A stretch of DNA of 64,000 nt from Sulfolobales archaeon (GCA_038841535.1 JAWBTQ010000006.1:6425-70424), one strand, 5' to 3'; shown: positions 38,663 to 48,919, numbered from the stretch's first letter. Program-made: numbers and translations. Notes: generated from the letters alone by a model not told the origin.

Positions 38663-39898
38663 TTACCGCTCACAGCGCGAGGGAGGAGATAAGATGACGC
38701 CCTGGGATTTAAGCTCTGCTACGAGGGCGCTTAAGCTATCTCTGTCCGGTAGCTCAAACACTAGCTCAACTAGAGCGTAGCCGGAAGGGATCTCTAGACC
38801 TATCCTCTCGTGTTTTATCTCTATGATATTGCATCTATACTTAGCTAAAACTCCTAGGGCTCTGTATAGAGCGCCCGGCACGTCCTCTAGCAGTAGAGAA
38901 AGTCTTGCCGCCCGCCCCTCGACGCTAAGACCCTTTAGAATTACTCTGTATATTGTAGTGAGGTCGGCATTTCCTCCACTAACTACAGCCACCACGTTCT
39001 TCTTCATACCATGTAGGAAACCACTTAGAATGGCTGCTAGTGGTAGAGCTCCGGCACCCTCAACTACTAGCTTAGCTCTCTCCATCAGCAAAAACATGGC
39101 CTGCGCTATAGAGCTCTCATCGACTAAAACGACGTCGTCTACTACCTCACTCATTAGCCTATAAGTTAACTCACCAACCGACTTCGTTACTACTCCATCA
39201 GCTAAGCTCGGTCTAACGGGTACTGGGATAGGCCCTCCGGAGACCCTGGCCTGATGGAACTTTGGGGCGTTCTCTGGTTCTACAGCCACTACCTTAACTC
39301 TATTCCCCCAGATCTTCTTGGCGGCTATAGCTATACCGGATATAAGTCCTCCACCACCGACTGGTACTAAGATATAGTCAGCACCAGATAAGCTAGTAGC
39401 TATCTCGATGCCTATAGTTCCCTGGCCTGCTATGACGTATGGGTCGTCGAATGGGTGAACAAAGACGGCTCCAGTCTCCTTAGATATCTCCACAGCTTTC
39501 TCGTAAGCCTCATCATATATGTGTCCGCAGAGTATTACCCCAGCACCATACGATTTAGTTGCGTTAACTTTGTACGGAGGCGTGTGTTCTGGCATTACGA
39601 TAGTAGCTTTAACGCCTAACTCGGAAGCAGAGTAAGCAACTCCTTGAGCGTGATTTCCAGATGACGCTGCTACAACACCAAACCTTTTACACTTATCCAA
39701 TTCCGAAGAAATCTTAAAGTAAGCACCTCTAACTTTGAATGCGCCTGTCTTCTGGAGATTCTCTAGCTTTAAAAAGACGTTGTTGTCAGAAAGCTTAGAG
39801 AAGAACACCGAGTGAACTAAAGGTGTTCGGTGAATGACTCCTTCAACGACTTCATTAGCTCGCTTTGTTAGATTCCAGATCTCATCTAAAGCACTCAT
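38663..39898 (-). CDS. PLP-dependent threonine ammonia-lyase (threonine dehydratase) with C-terminal ACT-like domain
   Basis: 411-aa ORF with ENLQKTGAFKVRGA (PLP Lys), SSGNHAQG and GGGGLISG. Confidence 0.9.
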   Translation of the reverse strand: MSALDEIWNLTKRANEVVEGVIHRTPLVHSVFFSKLSDNNVFLKLENLQKTGAFKVRGAYFKISSELDKCKRFGVVAASSGNHAQGVAYSASELGVKATIVMPEHTPPYKVNATKSYGAGVILCGHIYDEAYEKAVEISKETGAVFVHPFDDPYVIAGQGTIGIEIATSLSGADYILVPVGGGGLISGIAIAAKKIWGNRVKVVAVEPENAPKFHQARVSGGPIPVPVRPSLADGVVTKSVGELTYRLMSEVVDDVVLVDESSIAQAMFLLMERAKLVVEGAGALPLAAILSGFLHGMKKNVVAVVSGGNADLTTIYRVILKGLSVEGRAARLSLLLEDVPGALYRALGVLAKYRCNIIEIKHERIGLEIPSGYALVELVFELPDRDSLSALVAELKSQGVILSPPSRCER

Positions 39899-39958
39899 AC
39901 TTGCGCACCACGGTATTTAGTGCTTATAACTAATTAGCTAACATACCGCTAGGTATCG

Positions 39959-40954
39959 ATGTTTGAGCCCGACCTGACAGTGCTAGTGGTACTAACTGCC
40001 TCAACTAGCTACCTGCTATCTAGAGCTATCTATAGACTAGAGAAGAGATTTGGCTTTACTACAATAGACTTCCACAAGCCAGAGAGGAGTGTCGTAGCCC
40101 GTTCGGGGGGTTTAGCCATAATGGCGTCTCTAGTCCTCGCCCTCCTATATTGGAGTGTCTCCGGCAAATTAAACAACGTAGTCGTATTCTATATTCTCTC
40201 AGCTATACTAGCTGGGCTCATAGGCTTAGCTGACGATATCGTACACCTAGGCGTCAAGCTTAAACTCCTCCTTTTCTGCTTACCTGCTCTACCTCCAGTG
40301 CTCCTTCACCTCTACGACCCCCACCCTTACATACCGGGCATAGGGCACTTACGACTAACGATACTCTACCCACTAGGTGCTATAGCCGCATATGACGTTA
40401 TGGCGAACGCGTTCAACATGAGTGATACACATAACGGATTAATAGTGTCAACTTTTCTGGTTTTTGCCTCCTCCGTATTGCTCTCAACAATTCTTCCAGG
40501 CCCCAACCCCATCGAAGGTTTTGAAACTCTACTCGCTATACTTTTATCCGTAATGGTGGGCTACCTACCAATCAACATATACCCAGCAAAGATGTTAAAC
40601 GGAAACTCGGGATCACATTTAATCGGGAGCCTCACAGCCGCCTTAATCTTAACATCTCGAAGGGAGTTCCTCTCGCTAATGCTCTTGGTGCCGCAAATAC
40701 TAAACGGCTATTTTATCTTATCCACTACTGGTTTTAGAAGCAAGGAGTCTATAGAGAGACCCACAAAGCTTAAGAAAGGAGGTGTTATAGCCCCCAACTG
40801 TAACCCTAGGTCACCAATAACACTCGTGAAGCTATTTGTTGTGGAAAGAGAACTAGTTGAGCGCGAGCTAGTTAAGAAATACATAATCCTTCAGGTAGTA
40901 ACTAGTGCCATCTCGCTTTCCCTCTACTGGGTGATAGCTTTAGCTAAATTCTAA
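39959..40954 (+). CDS. GT4-family polyprenyl-phosphate HexNAc-1-phosphate transferase (AglH/MraY/WecA-like)
   Basis: 331-aa polytopic ORF with GLIGLADDI, NAFNMSDTHNG and NGNSGSHLIG. Confidence 0.8.
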   Translation: MFEPDLTVLVVLTASTSYLLSRAIYRLEKRFGFTTIDFHKPERSVVARSGGLAIMASLVLALLYWSVSGKLNNVVVFYILSAILAGLIGLADDIVHLGVKLKLLLFCLPALPPVLLHLYDPHPYIPGIGHLRLTILYPLGAIAAYDVMANAFNMSDTHNGLIVSTFLVFASSVLLSTILPGPNPIEGFETLLAILLSVMVGYLPINIYPAKMLNGNSGSHLIGSLTAALILTSRREFLSLMLLVPQILNGYFILSTTGFRSKESIERPTKLKKGGVIAPNCNPRSPITLVKLFVVERELVERELVKKYIILQVVTSAISLSLYWVIALAKF

Positions 40955-41921
40955 AACTCGAGATTTGAATAGTATAGCCTAGCTCAGAGACCCTGCTAAC
41001 CCAAGCATCACAGCTTACTCCAGCTCTGTTTAGGCTACTTAAAATGGCTCTCCTTGTAGCTTCAGCGACAGCGTAGTTATCAGTGAACCCGTAAATAGTT
41101 GGCCCCCAACTGCTTTGTCCTACTCCCCGCAAGCCATTTTCGTTCATAACCTTCGCTACTAAATCTCCGTATGGGTTGCTGAAGAACCCTCCTTGTGCTT
41201 GCGAGAAGTATTTACCAGCAACTCTTTGTATGAACTCAACACCTCGCACGAACAAATCTAACCTCTCCAATTTAGCTCCAGCCATAAGTTCTACTAAGGC
41301 TTTATACAGCTCACTCTGCTCGTCGACTGAAATAGGGTTGTCCATAAAGTTCCTCTCTTCGCTCTCTTTCAGTCCCTTGCCCTCAGGTATAGCGAGCACT
41401 ACATACCAATATCGCGGGAATTTTATTAGAGCTAGAGGCTTGGGTATTCCACCATCACTAAGCTTAACTCCAGTATCTACAGCTAATCCACCATAAACCA
41501 GGGTATAGTAGCCGACGCAGCTATATCTGCACCTACCTAACTTGATCAACAGTTCTTCAAGGTTTAAGTCCGTTATCCTAAGAGTGATGGATGACGCTAT
41601 CGCTGTAGCTAAGTAGATCCTCGTGAGAGAACCGAGACCTACGTGATGCTTTAAGTACCCCGATATCTCTAGTATCCCACTAGCTAGGCCTAAACTCCTA
41701 GCTACCGCAACAACAGCTTCTCTAGCTTCGTCTGTAGGTACTTTAAGGTTTAGCTTTCCATCGTCGCTGGGAGCTGTGAGTTTTAGTTCCAAGTAGGGTT
41801 CTTCTAAGGCTATACCCATAGACCCGTATGCTATACCGCTATCTAGATACCTATAGAAACCTAAGTGAAGCCTATATCCAGCCTTCACAGCTATTTTCCA
41901 AGCACTCAATCTCGTACCCAA
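40944..41921 (-). CDS. beta-ribofuranosylaminobenzene 5'-phosphate (beta-RFAP) synthase, GHMP-kinase fold
   Basis: 325-aa ORF. The N-terminus is AGYRLHLGFYRY...GSMGIALEEP, with GLGS and SSWGPT blocks. An alternative GTG start (V12) would shorten the 50-nt overlap with the upstream gene. Confidence 0.65.
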   Translation of the reverse strand: MGTRLSAWKIAVKAGYRLHLGFYRYLDSGIAYGSMGIALEEPYLELKLTAPSDDGKLNLKVPTDEAREAVVAVARSLGLASGILEISGYLKHHVGLGSLTRIYLATAIASSITLRITDLNLEELLIKLGRCRYSCVGYYTLVYGGLAVDTGVKLSDGGIPKPLALIKFPRYWYVVLAIPEGKGLKESEERNFMDNPISVDEQSELYKALVELMAGAKLERLDLFVRGVEFIQRVAGKYFSQAQGGFFSNPYGDLVAKVMNENGLRGVGQSSWGPTIYGFTDNYAVAEATRRAILSSLNRAGVSCDAWVSRVSELGYTIQISSFRI

Positions 41922-42582
41922 GATCTTTAAGTAGCAGGAGTAAAATCCTTGACCACGCTAGCTTAGCTAGCTTTATAGTTGCATTAACTTGAACACCTGA
42001 AGGCTTTATCCATCTACCAACAGAACTGAAGTCGAAGCCGTATATGAACACTCTCTTAGCACCGTAGTAGTATGCGAGAAAGACTGCTCTGTCTCCATCT
42101 GTAAAACCTCCAGGAACTTCAACTCTATGAGAACATTTATACTGTGCCGTACCGATCAGTTGGCCCCCCACATAGGGAAGGAATCTCTCTAAGTACTCAA
42201 CATTGTCGCCGTGAGCGTGAACTACGAATAGAGTATCTCTAGCTCTCAGAGAGCTCTCCGGTATACCATCTAAGTCTGTCGTAACTATATCTGGAACCAC
42301 TCCTTCCTCTAGGCATTTCTCGAAGGCTGCGTCCGCAACCACTAAGACACCTCCTTGAGGTCTGGGACAGCCAGAGCCAGTAGAATCTCCGACTACTATA
42401 GCAGTTCTTCCCTGAAGAAGCTCTACTAAGCGCTTCTGGGATTCCGCAACTATACCCATCCTCGAAGATAAAAGTAGATCCAAGACACGACAAGAAAAAT
42501 AGTCTCTGTCTCTATCAAACCCCAGGCTTGTGAGGATGCGATCGTAAACTCCCTCCCAAAACAGCGGGTCTTTAAGGTTCAA
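41872..42582 (-). CDS. MptE-like 6-hydroxymethyl-7,8-dihydropterin pyrophosphokinase (DUF115)
   Basis: 236-aa ORF. AIVVGDS...VVADAAFEKCLEEGVVPDIVTTDLDG...VVHAHGDN matches the DUF115/MptE pattern. Confidence 0.6.
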   Translation of the reverse strand: MNLKDPLFWEGVYDRILTSLGFDRDRDYFSCRVLDLLLSSRMGIVAESQKRLVELLQGRTAIVVGDSTGSGCPRPQGGVLVVADAAFEKCLEEGVVPDIVTTDLDGIPESSLRARDTLFVVHAHGDNVEYLERFLPYVGGQLIGTAQYKCSHRVEVPGGFTDGDRAVFLAYYYGAKRVFIYGFDFSSVGRWIKPSGVQVNATIKLAKLAWSRILLLLLKDLGYEIECLENSCEGWI

Positions 42583-43210
42583 CTATGGTCCCCCAGCTTC
42601 TCAACTCTTTGCACATACTCTCTGCGCACTCAATAAGCTCACCTGACCCAAGCTTTTTGACTATCGAGATACTGTATTTTAAAGCACTTAACCACTCTCT
42701 AGCTTCTTCATCGAGCGAGCTGTCAACAAACCTGCGAGCCCGTAATTTAGTGAAATAAACTAGGGCTTCTATAAGCATTGAATTAGCTCTGCTATAAGAA
42801 AAGTACTCTCGAACTCCCTCATATACGTCTATAGTGCTCATAAACACTAACGCCCTTCGGTTTTCTAACACTATACGCTTTGGTAGGGCTTCAACGTAGA
42901 GGTCTACATCCGCATCGAGGACGAAGGTAGACTCCCTTCTCCCGCGCTTAAATCGAAGTCTTAAAGGTCGCATGACTACATCGCAAAACACTAGAGCATT
43001 ATGAGTAAAAGCAAGAGAGACAGCAGAACCTGCTCGAATATTCCTATATGTCTTAGTGTTTATGTAAGGACGTATGACTAAGTCGTCCTCCATTAATCTA
43101 ACTCCCATTGCTGCCGCATGTGGTTCTCCAGTTCCTCCAACAGTAACAGCTATTGCTTCGTGGTGACCAAACCTTAGCACCTTCTCCAACAAGACGTGCT
43201 CGCTTTTCAT
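42572..43210 (-). CDS. DUF447-family split-barrel protein (H4MPT-biosynthesis associated)
   Basis: 212-aa ORF. The N-terminal EAIAVTVGGTGEPHAAAMGV...IRPYINTKTYRNI resembles DUF447, and it is translationally coupled to the MptE-like gene by an 11-nt overlap. Confidence 0.55.
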   Translation of the reverse strand: MKSEHVLLEKVLRFGHHEAIAVTVGGTGEPHAAAMGVRLMEDDLVIRPYINTKTYRNIRAGSAVSLAFTHNALVFCDVVMRPLRLRFKRGRRESTFVLDADVDLYVEALPKRIVLENRRALVFMSTIDVYEGVREYFSYSRANSMLIEALVYFTKLRARRFVDSSLDEEAREWLSALKYSISIVKKLGSGELIECAESMCKELRSWGTIVEP

Positions 43211-43677
43211 AATAAAGCCTCCCCTAACACCTTTAAGTAATACTACTTCTTCCCTACGTGAAGAGCCAGGGTTTCCCTGGAGCTGTAGAACCTGAAGCCA
43301 TATAAACAGCTAAAACCGAGTATAATACCCCACCCAGTCTTGAAAACGCCATCCCTGCTCTAAGTGCTCCGGAGGTCGAGAATGTACTCGTTAAGCCTAA
43401 GGTAAGATCAGCCCCCAAGTGATTCGAAGCCATCAACTCGCTCGAATCCATCACCAACTAAGAAACCCTGTAGGAATTTAATAAACTTCTGCACCTTTAT
43501 TCTATAATAGAAGAACGATGCGTCCGATCTAAACTAGCGTTATCTAATACATATTTCTTACTCTCAAGATTGGGGGCCGCGGTAGTTCATACGGCTTTAA
43601 ATGCGAAAGATGAGTAGTGACAGTAAGTAATCCTTACCTAGCTAAGCCATCGATTTATTTAAACCTGAGGATGTATT

Positions 43678-44094
43678 TTGAGGAGTGCAGAAGTGAAGAG
43701 GCTGGTTGTAGTTGATTCTAATAGATGTGTAGGTTGTGATTTATGTGTTTACGCTTGTACTAATAGATACGGTTACACAGGCATCAATAAGTCAGCTATA
43801 TACGTCAGGTCTGCTGGAGGTGTTGAAAGAGGTTTTGTTGTAGTAGTATGCAGAGCCTGCAAGGACCCACCATGTGCTAGGGCATGTCCTGTTAACGCAC
43901 TTATACCAAGGCAGGGCGGTGGTGTAGTCCTGAACCCGAGTAAGTGCATTGGCTGTGGCTTCTGCATTAATGCTTGCGATATAGGTGCGGTAATGTGGGA
44001 CTCTGAGTTCATGAAGCCTGTGATATGTACTCACTGCGGTTATTGTGTGGCTTTCTGTCCACATAGTGTTCTGTCTCTAGAAGAGGTGGGGTAG
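43678..44094 (+). CDS. 4x[4Fe-4S] polyferredoxin
   Basis: 138-aa ORF with CVGCDLCVYAC, CRACKDPPCARACP, CIGCGFCINAC and CTHCGYCVAFCP. Confidence 0.85.
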   Translation: MRSAEVKRLVVVDSNRCVGCDLCVYACTNRYGYTGINKSAIYVRSAGGVERGFVVVVCRACKDPPCARACPVNALIPRQGGGVVLNPSKCIGCGFCINACDIGAVMWDSEFMKPVICTHCGYCVAFCPHSVLSLEEVG

Positions 44095-44095
44095 G

Positions 44096-45871
44096 GTGGT
44101 TGACTGGGTGAAAACTCTCTCTAAAGTTCTCTACATAGATTTGGGTAGAAAGCTTTTCTGGGTCGAAAACAGAGAAGATCTCTTTAGCAAATGGTTGGGG
44201 GGCATAGGTGTCGCAATACAGCTATATAGAGAGGAAGTGCCGAAAGGGGTAGACCCGTTAGGACCTGAAAACACTGCGGTCTTCGCTGTTGGGCCTCTCA
44301 CGGGTGTTTTCCCAATGGCCTCGAAGGTCGTTGCCGTCTTTAAATCCCCTCTTAATGGGTTTGTTGCCGAATCCCATGGTGGCGGTAGGGCTGCTACTGC
44401 GATAAGATTTGCCGGTTATGGCGCTATAGTTATAAAAGGTGCGAGCGATATGCCTATCTACGCTGTAATAGATGAAGAGAAAGTAAGGTTTAGAGATGCT
44501 GGAGCACTGTGGGGTATGAGGAGTTCTGAGACTGTGGGTAGAGTTCTGCGAGAAGCTCTTCCAGGTGCTGGCTACAGAACGATAATGAGGATAGGTAGAG
44601 CCGGTGAGAAACTCGTTAGATATTCTACTCTAACCGCTGAAACCTACAGACACTTTGGGAGGATGGGGCTTGGAGCAGTATTTGGTTCGAAGAAACTGAA
44701 AGCCCTTGTAGTAATAGGTAAAAAGGGGTTTAAGCTACCAGATATCAAAGCTTATAGGGAGATCTATAGGGAGCTATACGAGTTAACTAGAGGACCTAGC
44801 ACTAGGAAGTACCATGACCTAGGTACAGCAGCAAACGTAGTACCTCTAGATAAGTTGGGGGCACTACCTACGAGAAACTTTTCTAGTGGGAGGTTTGAGG
44901 GTGCGCGAGAGATCAGTGGTGAGAAGTTGGCAGAGGAAAGCCTCTCCAGAAGGCTGGCTTGTACTGCGTGTCCTGTAGCGTGTATTCACCTAGCTACCAT
45001 AAGAGAGGAGTATGAAGACGAAAAGTACTTCTATAAGACGGAGTTCGTTCCATACGACCACGAACCAATATACTCTCTTGGAAGCAACTTAGGGATTAGC
45101 GATAGGTATGGTCTACTCAAACTAATCAAGGCTGTAGAGGATGAGGGACTGGACGCCATATCTACGGGTGTAGTTCTAGCGTGGGCGACAGAAGCCTTAG
45201 AAAGAGGAATAATCAACGTAAAAGAGACTCTGGTTGAGCTTAGATGGGGAAATTGGAGAAACTACGTTAAGGCAGTTAACTACATAGTGCTACAACCAAA
45301 TGAGTTTTATAAATCTCTATCACTAGGTGTTGAAGAAGCTGCTTCTAAGTATGGTGGGCTAGAGTTTGCTCTTGCTTACAACAAGGTTGAGCCTGCAGGC
45401 TATCATACAGGACCCTTATTCCACGCTTCTCTAGCTATAGGGTTTAGGCACTCACATTTAGACTCTGGAGCTTACAGCATCGACCAAAACCTCGTCGCTA
45501 CTGGGGCCTCGTTGCCGAGCCCCGAAGATACTGCTAGACTAATCATAGGGGAAGAATCTTGGAGGCAGGTATTAAATTCACTAGTAGTATGCCTCTTCGC
45601 TCGTAGTGTTTACACCGGAAAGACCATCGAGAAAGCTCTGAAAGCACTAGGTTACGATATCAATGAACAGACACTGGTGGATCTGGGCAAGCAGATATAT
45701 TTAGTGAAGCATAAAATTAAGGTGCTTGAGGGATTTAAACCTGACGGACTGAGAATTCCCAGAAGATTTCTAGAGACTCCTACTCCCCTAGGTCAAGTCT
45801 CAGAAGAGTATCTTAGAAAAATAATAGCCCACTACGCTAAGCTAGTGAGCGAGAACTCTGGGTATGGTTAA
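44096..45871 (+). CDS. aor: tungsten-type aldehyde:ferredoxin oxidoreductase (AOR family)
   Basis: 591-aa ORF starting 2 nt after the ferredoxin gene. It has GGIGVAIQLY, GPLTG, ESHGGG and the FeS/pterin-binding segment CTACPVAC. Confidence 0.9.
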   Translation: MVDWVKTLSKVLYIDLGRKLFWVENREDLFSKWLGGIGVAIQLYREEVPKGVDPLGPENTAVFAVGPLTGVFPMASKVVAVFKSPLNGFVAESHGGGRAATAIRFAGYGAIVIKGASDMPIYAVIDEEKVRFRDAGALWGMRSSETVGRVLREALPGAGYRTIMRIGRAGEKLVRYSTLTAETYRHFGRMGLGAVFGSKKLKALVVIGKKGFKLPDIKAYREIYRELYELTRGPSTRKYHDLGTAANVVPLDKLGALPTRNFSSGRFEGAREISGEKLAEESLSRRLACTACPVACIHLATIREEYEDEKYFYKTEFVPYDHEPIYSLGSNLGISDRYGLLKLIKAVEDEGLDAISTGVVLAWATEALERGIINVKETLVELRWGNWRNYVKAVNYIVLQPNEFYKSLSLGVEEAASKYGGLEFALAYNKVEPAGYHTGPLFHASLAIGFRHSHLDSGAYSIDQNLVATGASLPSPEDTARLIIGEESWRQVLNSLVVCLFARSVYTGKTIEKALKALGYDINEQTLVDLGKQIYLVKHKIKVLEGFKPDGLRIPRRFLETPTPLGQVSEEYLRKIIAHYAKLVSENSGYG

Positions 45872-45912
45872 ATTAGCTGTGCGATGATGCTGACGCAGAG
45901 ATATTAGCGCGC

Positions 45913-47322
45913 TCAGAATAGCTCAAGTTTGGCTGCCTTTCTAAAGGTTAGAAGAAGCTCGGGAGTTTTACGTAGTTCAACGTACTCACATACCTCGCTA
46001 GCGTTCCTTAAGACGCCGAGAGTGGAGATGCCTTCACCTATCTTTACAGAATTGAGATACTCTTCTACAACTTGATGTGGTCGCGTGTACTTCCTTCTTC
46101 TTAAAGTAAATATCCGCCCGCTAGGACTTACGTAAGGACCGAGGTTTTTGTCGCTGAGAAAGTACTTCAGAGTGAAGGACTTGATATCAGTAACCTTCCC
46201 CAGTGGAGGACCGGGATGTACCTCGTAAGGAGGAAGCTCCTTGGGTAGCAAGGTAATCACGAGAAAAGCTTCAGAAAGTTCATCGCTCCATATCGAGTAG
46301 CTTACTACTGCAAAACCAGCTCTTTGCAAAAAACCGATTAGAGATTTCGTAACAGACCTCAGCTTACCCCATAGGACATCGGGAACTACCTCACTAGCGA
46401 GCTTAAAGAGTACTCCAATGGCCTCACGCCCGGAATTTGTTATAGTGTGGCACATGTTTTTAACACTATCTAACTCGGGGGCTCGAACTCCAGATACTAT
46501 TAGCTCCTTGGACGGTTTTTGTAAGAAGATCGATGAAGCCAGTACTACCCTAGCCAGAGACTCTGCTGATACAGCTGACGCCGCGTTTCTCTTCGGGTCG
46601 ACGGGGTCCAAAACGATTAGAGGAGCCTTGAACACTTTTTTCAGACAGCTGCGGTTAATCTTAGTTGAGTCTTCATCTATAACGACAACCTCACCAAAGC
46701 GCCATCCAGCGATATTCGCTATAGCGTTAAGAAAATTTCTGTACTTAATTGCGAGTAGTTCCGTAAGATATCCCGAGAAGCCTTCGACCTTTATTTCAGC
46801 TCCATAAACTCCCACGCTCCTAAAGAACGCTTTAAGTAGTCTAACCTCGTCTTTCATATCTTCAGTGAGCCTACTTAAAACGTACTTCGTGTGGAAAGGT
46901 GTTCTATCGACCGCAGTCTTAATTTCTGATATATCTTTAGCCCAATATGCAGGCACTATATCTATTTCATACTTCCCAAGACTTATGTATATGTATGGGT
47001 GAGTAGCGTACTTCAGTTTAACTCCTTTATAGAGATCCTTAAAGATGTCGAAGAGGGGTCTAATGACTTCGCTCTCAAGCCACTCCTTACTTATATCATC
47101 GTATCTTATGAGCAAGAAGACGTCTAAGTCTATCATGCCCCTCAGTTCCGTCCCTTTGGCTACAGATCCGTGCAACTCTACAGTAAAATCGTAAGGTATA
47201 TGAAGGGATCCTTCCACTAACCTCTTGACCTCCTCGAATATCCTCAGTGCCTCGTACCTCTCCTCTTCTTGAGGCTTTATTTCACTGATCGCTTCCTCTA
47301 ATACTTTCTTAAGTTCCTCCAT
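45913..47322 (-). CDS. cca: class-I (archaeal) CCA-adding tRNA nucleotidyltransferase
   Basis: 469-aa ORF. HGSVAKGTELRGMIDLDVFLL is the NTase GS...DxD motif, and the length and downstream blocks are typical of archaeal CCA enzymes. Confidence 0.9.
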   Translation of the reverse strand: MEELKKVLEEAISEIKPQEEERYEALRIFEEVKRLVEGSLHIPYDFTVELHGSVAKGTELRGMIDLDVFLLIRYDDISKEWLESEVIRPLFDIFKDLYKGVKLKYATHPYIYISLGKYEIDIVPAYWAKDISEIKTAVDRTPFHTKYVLSRLTEDMKDEVRLLKAFFRSVGVYGAEIKVEGFSGYLTELLAIKYRNFLNAIANIAGWRFGEVVVIDEDSTKINRSCLKKVFKAPLIVLDPVDPKRNAASAVSAESLARVVLASSIFLQKPSKELIVSGVRAPELDSVKNMCHTITNSGREAIGVLFKLASEVVPDVLWGKLRSVTKSLIGFLQRAGFAVVSYSIWSDELSEAFLVITLLPKELPPYEVHPGPPLGKVTDIKSFTLKYFLSDKNLGPYVSPSGRIFTLRRRKYTRPHQVVEEYLNSVKIGEGISTLGVLRNASEVCEYVELRKTPELLLTFRKAAKLELF

Positions 47323-47887
47323 CGTCTCTCAGCCTAAATACCACCACGTCGGTGTAGATCGGACCCTTCGGCGTCAGCTGGCTTCTCTTTAGCTTTACCT
47401 GAGTTACAGGACTTATACCGAAGTCTACGAACTCGTACCTCCTTAAGCATGTGGCTAAGCAATCTGGTTTGTACCTACCCTTAATTCTAGCGACAGTGAT
47501 GTGAGGAATGAACTCCTCGTGGTCTTCCTTAGCGATGGTCTTTAGACAGCTTTCAAAAGAGTTTCGAATATTCTTGAGAACCTCTGCTCCATCTTTAACA
47601 CCTACCCACACGACTCTTGGTTTAGCGGTGTTCGGAAAAGCTCCTGCTCCGTGTACGGATATATGGAACTTCTTGAAGTTTTCAACAACACGTAGACACC
47701 CTACTATCCTAGGGAGATAGGACTCGGAAACCTCACCTATGAACCTTAGGGTAATATGTATGTTCTCATCTTCTACGGGTTTTATTCCGCTATCAATCGA
47801 ACAAGAGGCTATAGCATCTCTAAACTCTATGATTCTTCTCCAAGACTCCGTGTTTTCTATCTCTACAGCTACGAATAACCTAATCAC
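47309..47887 (-). CDS. thpR: 2H-phosphoesterase: RNA 2',3'-cyclic phosphodiesterase / 2'-5' RNA ligase (ThpR/LigT)
   Basis: 192-aa ORF with the two HxT motifs HITLRF and HITVAR. It overlaps the cca start by 14 nt. Confidence 0.9.
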   Translation of the reverse strand: MIRLFVAVEIENTESWRRIIEFRDAIASCSIDSGIKPVEDENIHITLRFIGEVSESYLPRIVGCLRVVENFKKFHISVHGAGAFPNTAKPRVVWVGVKDGAEVLKNIRNSFESCLKTIAKEDHEEFIPHITVARIKGRYKPDCLATCLRRYEFVDFGISPVTQVKLKRSQLTPKGPIYTDVVVFRLRDDGGT

Positions 47888-48214
47888 ACTCTCACCACTT
47901 TATAAGTGACTCCAAAACTAAGTACAAGATAGTGCAATTCACTACACTCGCTGAGATTAGTCTACTCCAAAGCACCTTTCTAGCGCCTACCAGAGTCATC
48001 ATCAAGGATCAGTAAGTAGGAGGAATTATAAGTTAGCTATTAACTCCTAGATCCGAAAACTCTTAATCTAGAGTAGAATAGAGCTATGAAGGAAGATGGT
48101 CCCTCTTAATAGAGCTGGAAATTATCGGGTTCTAATGATTAAACAAGTGTTCTGAGTCTAGTGCTCCGTGTTTGCATTAGTATGTCATTAAATTAAGGAA
48201 CTTGAGCGAAAGAG

Positions 48215-48910
48215 TTATAACCTAGGAGAACTGATCTGCTTTAATACTCCCTCAAACAAGCTCATGGATCTATCAACGTACTCCAGTAACCTAGCATCGT
48301 GAGTTACTATTACTATCGTTGTCCCGAAGTCTTTCTTTATGCTTAAGAAAAGCTCGGCCACCTTAATTGCGTTAGACCAGTCCAGGCTTGCCGTAGGTTC
48401 GTCTGCCAGCAACACTGATGGAGTAGTGACTAAGGCTCTCCCTATGGCTACTCTTTGCTTTTCTCCCCCAGAAAGCTTTCCAGTTCTTAGGTTCGCTTTG
48501 TCTTTAAGTCCCACGTAGTCTAGTATTTCCATGACCTTCTTCTTTCTAACATCAGCATCAACACCTGCCAATAGAAGTGGTACTTCCACATTCTCATAAA
48601 CAGTCATAGTATCAATAACCGCGAAATCTTGAGGTATGTAGCTACAAACATTATTTCTATAAAGAGCTAGGCCATATTCATCTAGCATGTTTAAGTTGTA
48701 GCCATCCACAATTACCTCACCCTTATCAGGCCTTACTAACCCAGCAATAATCCTCAGCAAAGTGGTTTTACCCGAGCCGCTGGGACCGTGAATACCAACA
48801 ACTTCACCTCTATAAGCCACCATGTTTATACCTTTAAGTATGTTTATACTCATTCCTAAGAAGGCATAAGACTTCCAGACATCCCTAAGTAGCACTACTA
48901 CCTCCGCCAT
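48215..48910 (-). CDS. ABC transporter ATP-binding protein (MacB/LolD/FtsE-like)
   Basis: 231-aa ORF with GPSGSGKTTLL, LSGGEKQRVAIGRAL, LLADEPTASLD and a TH switch. Confidence 0.9.
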   Translation of the reverse strand: MAEVVVLLRDVWKSYAFLGMSINILKGINMVAYRGEVVGIHGPSGSGKTTLLRIIAGLVRPDKGEVIVDGYNLNMLDEYGLALYRNNVCSYIPQDFAVIDTMTVYENVEVPLLLAGVDADVRKKKVMEILDYVGLKDKANLRTGKLSGGEKQRVAIGRALVTTPSVLLADEPTASLDWSNAIKVAELFLSIKKDFGTTIVIVTHDARLLEYVDRSMSLFEGVLKQISSPRL

Positions 48911-48919
48911 AGGCTTACC

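Noticed and set aside
40844-40873. Tandem 15-nt duplication GAAAGAGAACTAGTT / GAGCGCGAGCTAGTT, giving ERELV-ERELV in the GT4 transferase C-terminus.
   Set aside because: It is a single imperfect in-frame duplication inside a CDS with no evident significance.
47950-48015. Minus-strand ATGATGA (C-box-like) in the gap after thpR.
   Set aside because: No CTGA D box lies downstream at a suitable distance on that strand.
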